DNA from: Candidatus Bathyarchaeota archaeon
GTDB taxonomy: Archaea > Thermoproteota > Bathyarchaeia > TCS64
Length of the DNA stretch: 64,000 bases
NCBI GenBank assembly: GCA_963820555.1
Contig: CAWGAT010000023.1
Location: 27,904 to 91,903 of the forward strand
Reading direction: 5' to 3'
Made by a program: the position numbers and the translations under genes. Numbering within the stretch: position 1 is the stretch's first letter; every line of letters begins with the position of its first letter. The notes below the pieces were generated by a model, which did no database searches, had not been told where the DNA came from, and was given only the letters and a program-made list of their open reading frames with translations. This document shows, piece after piece, positions 59,443-64,000 of this stretch.

Positions 59443-59829
59443 TTGAAAAAAGAAATAATCAAGATAAAGGGTATCCCAAAACCGGATAGTCCTTTCAATC
59501 ACGTGATCAAGGTTGGCGACTTTCTCTTCCTGACAAGTCAACTCTCGTCGGATTTGAGAACAGGTAGAATAATCGGTGGAACTATGGAAGAACAGACGAG
59601 AAATGCATTAGATAACATCAAATTTCTCCTACAATCTTCAGAGGCAGCAATGAATGATATAGTAAAAGTTGTGATCTACATGCGTGACTTGAGCAAATTC
59701 GACGAGATGAATGCGGTATATAGAAAATACTTTGAGAATGGAGAAGAGCCTACTAGAGTAACCGTTCAGGCTCCTTCTCCAATAGAAGAGATTGATATTG
59801 AAATCGAGGTAACTGCCGTCACCTCTTAG
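59443..59829 (+). CDS. RidA/YjgF/L-PSP family protein
   Basis: 128 aa. PFNHVIKVGDFLFLTSQL...EEQTRNALDNIKFLLQ...VKVVIYMRD...PTRVTVQAPSP...IEIEVTA is the family pattern. The gene is AT-rich relative to its neighbours. Confidence 0.85.
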   Translation: MKKEIIKIKGIPKPDSPFNHVIKVGDFLFLTSQLSSDLRTGRIIGGTMEEQTRNALDNIKFLLQSSEAAMNDIVKVVIYMRDLSKFDEMNAVYRKYFENGEEPTRVTVQAPSPIEEIDIEIEVTAVTS

Positions 59830-60000
59830 AAATTGACCCGCCCATAATAATATCGGAAATTAGCGATACTATATGTAACGATTATATAAATAATAGGTTG
59901 AGGTCAACAATCTAGACATAATAATCTTAAGGAATCAACCCACGAGAAAGTCACTCACCCAATATAATTGATAAAAAACTTCGAAAAAAGCGAAGAAAGA

Positions 60001-61236
60001 CTAGTCCTGCTGAGCGTAGGCTTCCTCGCCATGCTCAACGAGGTCGAGACCCTTCCTCTCCTCCTCAGGGGTTACCCTGAGGGGTGAGAAGACGTTGATC
60101 ACCTTGAGGATTATAAAGGTCCCGAAGAAGGAGTAGACGCCAACGACAGCGACTCCCGCCAGCTGCGAGACGAACAGGCTCATGCCTCCGTAGATTAGGC
60201 CGTTCGCTCCTGTGGCGTTAACGGCGACCGTTGCGAAAATGCCCGTTGCAACGGAACCGAGGACGCCTCCAACGCCGTGACACGCGAAGACGTCGAGCGA
60301 GTCATCCACTTTGAGCCTGGTGGCACGCCAATTCGAGACGAGGTTCGAAAGAATGCCTGCAGAGAGACCGATCAGGATAGCCGCCCAGGGGGCAACATAA
60401 CCCGAGGCAGGGGTGACCGCCGCGAGGCCGCAGATGGAACCAACGGCAAGCCCGACCACCGATGGCCTACCCTTTAGTGTCCAGTCGACCGCCATCCAGC
60501 TCACTGCCGCCGCAGCGGCTGCGAGGTTAGTGTTCACTAAGGCGTAGACGGCGACGGTGTCGGCAGCGAGGGCGCTCCCCGCGTTGAAGCCGAACCAACC
60601 AAACCAGAGGATCGACGCCCCGAGGATCACGTAAGGGATGTTACTAGGCTTGAGCTCGGCGTGATTTTCGAGCCCCTGCCTTTTACCGATGACGAGCGCC
60701 GCCGCGAGGGCAGAGAGGCCGGCCGCTGCGTGGATGACTATACCACCAGCGAAATCGAGGGTTCCGAGTAGGTGGAGCCATCCACCCACGTTCCACACCC
60801 AATGTGCCACCGGACTGTAGATGAGGGTGGACCATGCGATGATGAAGATAAGGAGGGACTTGAACCTCATCCTCTCGACGAAGGCCCCTATAATGAGGGC
60901 GGGCGTAATCGCCGCGAACTTGAGCTGGAAAGCGAATTGTAGAAGCTCGGGGATTGTAGGGCCGTAGTTTGGGTTCGGCGCAGCGCCTACGCCGTTCAGC
61001 CCGAAATTGGCTAGACTGCCAATAAAACCGCCAATCGTTGGCCCGAAAACGAGAGTGTACCCCCAGAGGGCCCAAACTATGCTCACGATGGCGAAGATGA
61101 CTATGCACTGAATTATCGTGGATAGGATGTTTTTTCTCCTCACCAGGCCACCGTAGAAAAACCCGAGGCCCGGCGTCATGAACATGACGAGTGCCGTAGC
61201 AACCATTATCCAGGAAATGTCGCTGGCATTTAGCAT
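60001..61236 (-). CDS. amt: Ammonium transporter Amt (intact paralogue)
   Basis: 411 aa and about 11 TM segments. Hallmark motifs: FFYGGLVRRKN, DFAGGIVIHAAAG, WFGWFGFNAGS and DDSLDVFACHGVGG. Confidence 0.9.
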   Translation of the reverse strand: MLNASDISWIMVATALVMFMTPGLGFFYGGLVRRKNILSTIIQCIVIFAIVSIVWALWGYTLVFGPTIGGFIGSLANFGLNGVGAAPNPNYGPTIPELLQFAFQLKFAAITPALIIGAFVERMRFKSLLIFIIAWSTLIYSPVAHWVWNVGGWLHLLGTLDFAGGIVIHAAAGLSALAAALVIGKRQGLENHAELKPSNIPYVILGASILWFGWFGFNAGSALAADTVAVYALVNTNLAAAAAAVSWMAVDWTLKGRPSVVGLAVGSICGLAAVTPASGYVAPWAAILIGLSAGILSNLVSNWRATRLKVDDSLDVFACHGVGGVLGSVATGIFATVAVNATGANGLIYGGMSLFVSQLAGVAVVGVYSFFGTFIILKVINVFSPLRVTPEEERKGLDLVEHGEEAYAQQD

Positions 61237-61539
61237 CGAAACACCTTCCTGAAGGGGGCTAAAATACGATATTTAGAGTTTTTCTGCAAAAAAAATACGG
61301 AAAATTTATGATTGTCCTATTATCACTAAGGATAATTCTACATTTTCTTTTTTAAGATCATTATTTTTAATATATACCAAGATTTGCCTAGAAAATGGCG
61401 GGGGGCAACTTAAGGTTTCTAAATAAATCGAACCTAAAACCAACAAACAAGTGGAAAGAGCGGGAAATGACATGAAAATATATTTTCATAGAATCATTGG
61501 CGTGATAATCGGAAGAAATCGACGAAAACGTGGTGCAGA

Positions 61540-62004
61540 TTATATTATGAAGTATTTGGGGCAGACCTCGCTATCGCTGGCCCAGAGAGCCGTCTGAATG
61601 CTTTTGATCCCCGGTATCGCGGATATCTCCTTACCGAGGCTCATGAGGTGATTGAAGTTGTGGATGACGCCTATTACGAGGAGATCATGATCTCCAACAG
61701 TCTTTGTTGCCACGATAATATTCGGCATCTTGATCAGGGTCTTAAGAATCTTCGTCGAGTCTGGTTTAGCGCCACCAGTCTGAGAGACGTCTATATGGAA
61801 CGCCGCCATCCCTTCGTACCCTATCAGCCTGGGGTCCACGATCACGGTTGAACCGCGGACATCACCAGAGTCCATAAGGCGCTGGTAGCGATTGATAATT
61901 GTGTCCGGACTCTTATCAAGGACCTTGGCTATCTTCCGAAAACTCATCCTGGCGTCCTCGGTGAGCATCTCTATGATCTTCTGGTCGATCTCATCCATCT
62001 TCAT
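61540..62004 (-). CDS. Lrp/AsnC-family transcriptional regulator (second of tandem pair)
   Basis: HTH IIEMLTEDARMSFRKIAKVLDKSPDTIINRYQRL plus a RAM domain. 154 aa. Confidence 0.85.
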   Translation of the reverse strand: MKMDEIDQKIIEMLTEDARMSFRKIAKVLDKSPDTIINRYQRLMDSGDVRGSTVIVDPRLIGYEGMAAFHIDVSQTGGAKPDSTKILKTLIKMPNIIVATKTVGDHDLLVIGVIHNFNHLMSLGKEISAIPGIKSIQTALWASDSEVCPKYFII

Positions 62005-62471
62005 CAGCTCTCCTTCAGCTGCTCGAGCTCGAAGTTCTCCGGGCAGAGGAGGATATCGTCCACCCAGATGCTCGTCTTAAGCTCCTTAACATGGGTAAAC
62101 CCCTTGATGGATTCCCTGAGGACGTTCAACTCCTTCATGCCCCTCAATACAGCGACTGCGAAGATGTTCTGCATCCCCATGCTCGGAGTGCAGAAGACGA
62201 CGCCGGGCTGCCTCTTCATGGCCTCGACCACTTCGGCCACGTCGACAGCGTCGACATTCACCTCGAGACTCGCCAGGCAGTCCATTCCCATCAGTCTCGG
62301 TTCCAACAGGATAGTCGTCCCCTTCACGACGCCGTTCCTCTGGAGACGCTGCAGGCGCTTGATTATAGTGTCAACGCTGACGCCGCACTCCTTGGCGATG
62401 TCGGCGAAGTTTGTACGGGCATCTTTCTGTAGGTTGCGGAGTACCCTGACGTCGGTATCGTCGAATTTCAC
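62004..62471 (-). CDS. Lrp/AsnC-family transcriptional regulator (first of tandem pair)
   Basis: HTH RVLRNLQKDARTNFADIAKECGVSVDTIIKRLQRL plus a RAM domain. Its stop overlaps the next start (TGATG). Confidence 0.85.
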   Translation of the reverse strand: MKFDDTDVRVLRNLQKDARTNFADIAKECGVSVDTIIKRLQRLQRNGVVKGTTILLEPRLMGMDCLASLEVNVDAVDVAEVVEAMKRQPGVVFCTPSMGMQNIFAVAVLRGMKELNVLRESIKGFTHVKELKTSIWVDDILLCPENFELEQLKES

Positions 62472-62760
62472 TCTGGCACCACGTACAAACCGGTTATGCC
62501 TCCCTTAAAACTATGGCTATTTTCGGACACTTGGTTGCTAAAAGGTTTTTTTCTGCGATAATGTCTGGGTTGTCCGGATTCAAGTTATAATAACCGGACA
62601 TACTACGATTAGCTATGGATAATTCGCGACGAAAAAAGACCCCCTTCTGAGCCCTTGCACAATTTCACTCACGGTGATCACGTTTCTCTTCGCAGACCCC
62701 AAAACGTGCAGGTTTCATGCGTTTATATACGTTAAAACTTGAGACATAACTGGATGAGAT

Positions 62761-63519
62761 TTGAAGAGAGTCTTCCTGTACGGCGGCGTGTCCAAGAACT
62801 TCAAAGAGGTCTCCGAGCCATTCATCGAGGCGGCGGGGGGTAACAACGCTAAGATCGCCCTGCTCATCCAGGGCGGGAAGGGGCTGGAGAAGTTCATCTC
62901 CGTCTATCGAGACCCTTGGCTTGAGCTCGGGGCCGAAGAGGTCCTAACGATTACGGCCGATGAGGCCCTCGAAACGTACGAAAAGGCCTTGGACATTCTG
63001 GCGGAGAGTACCGGCGTCTTCGTGGGTGGGGGGAACACTGAGACTTACCGAAGGGCATTCGCGGCAGATGAGGTCGGCGACATGATACGGGGACTCTATG
63101 GCAGCGGCGCCGCCTTCGGCGGGGTCTCAGCAGGCGCCCTCCTCGCCTCCGACTTCTGCGCCGTCGAGGGAAACGTCTGCACTATTGGGTTGAAGAGGCA
63201 CATACTCCGCCCCAGGACAAACGCGGTCAACGACTATACTGAGCTCAGGATCGAGGAGGGACTCGGGCTCGTAAACGACTGCATAGTTGAGGCCCACTTC
63301 AGCGAGCAGGGGGGTTTCCAGAGGCTTATCCAGTCGATGGAGCTGACGAGGTCGGCGTCGGGCCTAGGCATAGACGAGCCAGCCTGCGTCGAGGTCACGG
63401 ACGAGTCAGACGCTAGGGTCTACGGTGACGGCAGAGTCTTCCACCTTACTAGACGCGGCCACATGGAGTTTACCCTGAAGACACTCGAGCCAGGCGACTC
63501 GTTTTCGCTGAGGAAATAG
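62761..63519 (+). CDS. Peptidase S51 family (cyanophycinase/dipeptidase-E-like) type-1 glutamine-amidotransferase-fold protein
   Basis: IALLIQGG..., VFVGGGNTETY, and the nucleophile-elbow-like GGVSAGALLAS. TTG start. Confidence 0.6.
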   Translation: MKRVFLYGGVSKNFKEVSEPFIEAAGGNNAKIALLIQGGKGLEKFISVYRDPWLELGAEEVLTITADEALETYEKALDILAESTGVFVGGGNTETYRRAFAADEVGDMIRGLYGSGAAFGGVSAGALLASDFCAVEGNVCTIGLKRHILRPRTNAVNDYTELRIEEGLGLVNDCIVEAHFSEQGGFQRLIQSMELTRSASGLGIDEPACVEVTDESDARVYGDGRVFHLTRRGHMEFTLKTLEPGDSFSLRK

Positions 63520-63588
63520 AATTCACCGACAGCCCCGGCACCTATATCTACTCCCCACAAACGGCATAGACTGTAGTTGAACGAGTTG

Positions 63589-64000
63589 GTGAACCCACGC
63601 CTCGCCGTCGCCCAGTCAAGCTCGATAAGAGGCGACATAACCGGCAATGTAACACACCACGCTGAACTAGCCGAGGCCGCCGCTAGACGCGGCGCCCGCC
63701 TCATCATCTTCCCGGAGCTCTCCCTCACAGGCTACGAGCCCGACTTAGCAATGAGATTGGCATTAACGGCGAATGACCCGAGGTTGCGGCCCCTCAAGGA
63801 GGTCGCCGAGGCGAGTAGGATAACCATCGTCGCTGGGGCACCGATGATGACCGAGGCCGGGCTGCACATAGCCGCCTTCGTCTTTCGACCCGCCGGTGAA
63901 ACACTAATCTACACGAAACACCACCTACACAAAGGTGAAGAGGCGTTCTTTGTACCAGGAACCCTAAACCCTATGATCGAGTTAGACGGAGAACGCGTCT
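63589..64000 (+). CDS. Carbon-nitrogen hydrolase (nitrilase superfamily), 5' part; continues beyond the window
   Basis: My translation gives RLAVAQSSSIRGDITGNVTHHAELAEAAARRGARLIIFPELSLTGYEP...YTKHHLH, with the catalytic Glu in FPEL and Lys in KHHL. The frame is open to the window end. Confidence 0.75.
   Translation, partial: MNPRLAVAQSSSIRGDITGNVTHHAELAEAAARRGARLIIFPELSLTGYEPDLAMRLALTANDPRLRPLKEVAEASRITIVAGAPMMTEAGLHIAAFVFRPAGETLIYTKHHLHKGEEAFFVPGTLNPMIELDGERV

Noticed and set aside
61540-62471. Tandem Lrp/AsnC-like pair as AhbA/AhbB (NirDL/NirGH-type) siroheme decarboxylase
   Set aside because: That enzyme is also a heterodimer of Lrp-like proteins. Here, however, both modules are linked to amt rather than to heme or siroheme genes, and nothing in the sequence lets me separate the two possibilities. 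A regulator role is the conservative call.

Overview
This is an archaeal chromosomal window. The evidence is Cbf5, PGF-CTERM sorting signals, TATA-type promoters and a tRNA-Gln. G+C-rich coding blocks are interrupted by several visibly AT-rich islands. Contents from left to right: (1) a corrinoid methyltransferase cluster with two pyrrolysine-free MtmB-family paralogues, a B12-binding protein and a RACo/RamA-type activase; (2) an AT-rich islet encoding a DUF4062-GAF protein; (3) a roughly 1000-aa LamG/Ig-like/PGF-CTERM surface protein split into three ORFs; (4) a TasA-like fibre locus with a SipW-type signal peptidase, headed by an RHH regulator, with two hairpin elements upstream that are complementary to the 5' end of the RHH gene; (5) a heavily frameshifted anaerobic ribonucleotide reductase (nrdD) with a glutaredoxin-like gene and a divergent CARF-like/wHTH regulator; (6) housekeeping genes (Cbf5, YhbY, an RsmC-like methyltransferase, a YcaQ-type glycosylase); (7) two diverged copies of an Lrp-Lrp-Amt module; (8) tRNA-Gln followed by an integrase-like remnant; (9) an AprAB-like flavoprotein/ferredoxin pair; (10) MacB-type and MdlB-type ABC transporters, PadR, an SPFH protein and an IPMDH-family dehydrogenase; (11) secreted Kelch, beta-helix and metallophosphoesterase-PKD-discoidin proteins. 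No CRISPR array, cas gene, rRNA or intact transposase was seen. About 20 single-gene frame breaks suggest indel errors in the assembly rather than widespread gene decay. All family assignments come from reading motifs by eye; no database search was run.
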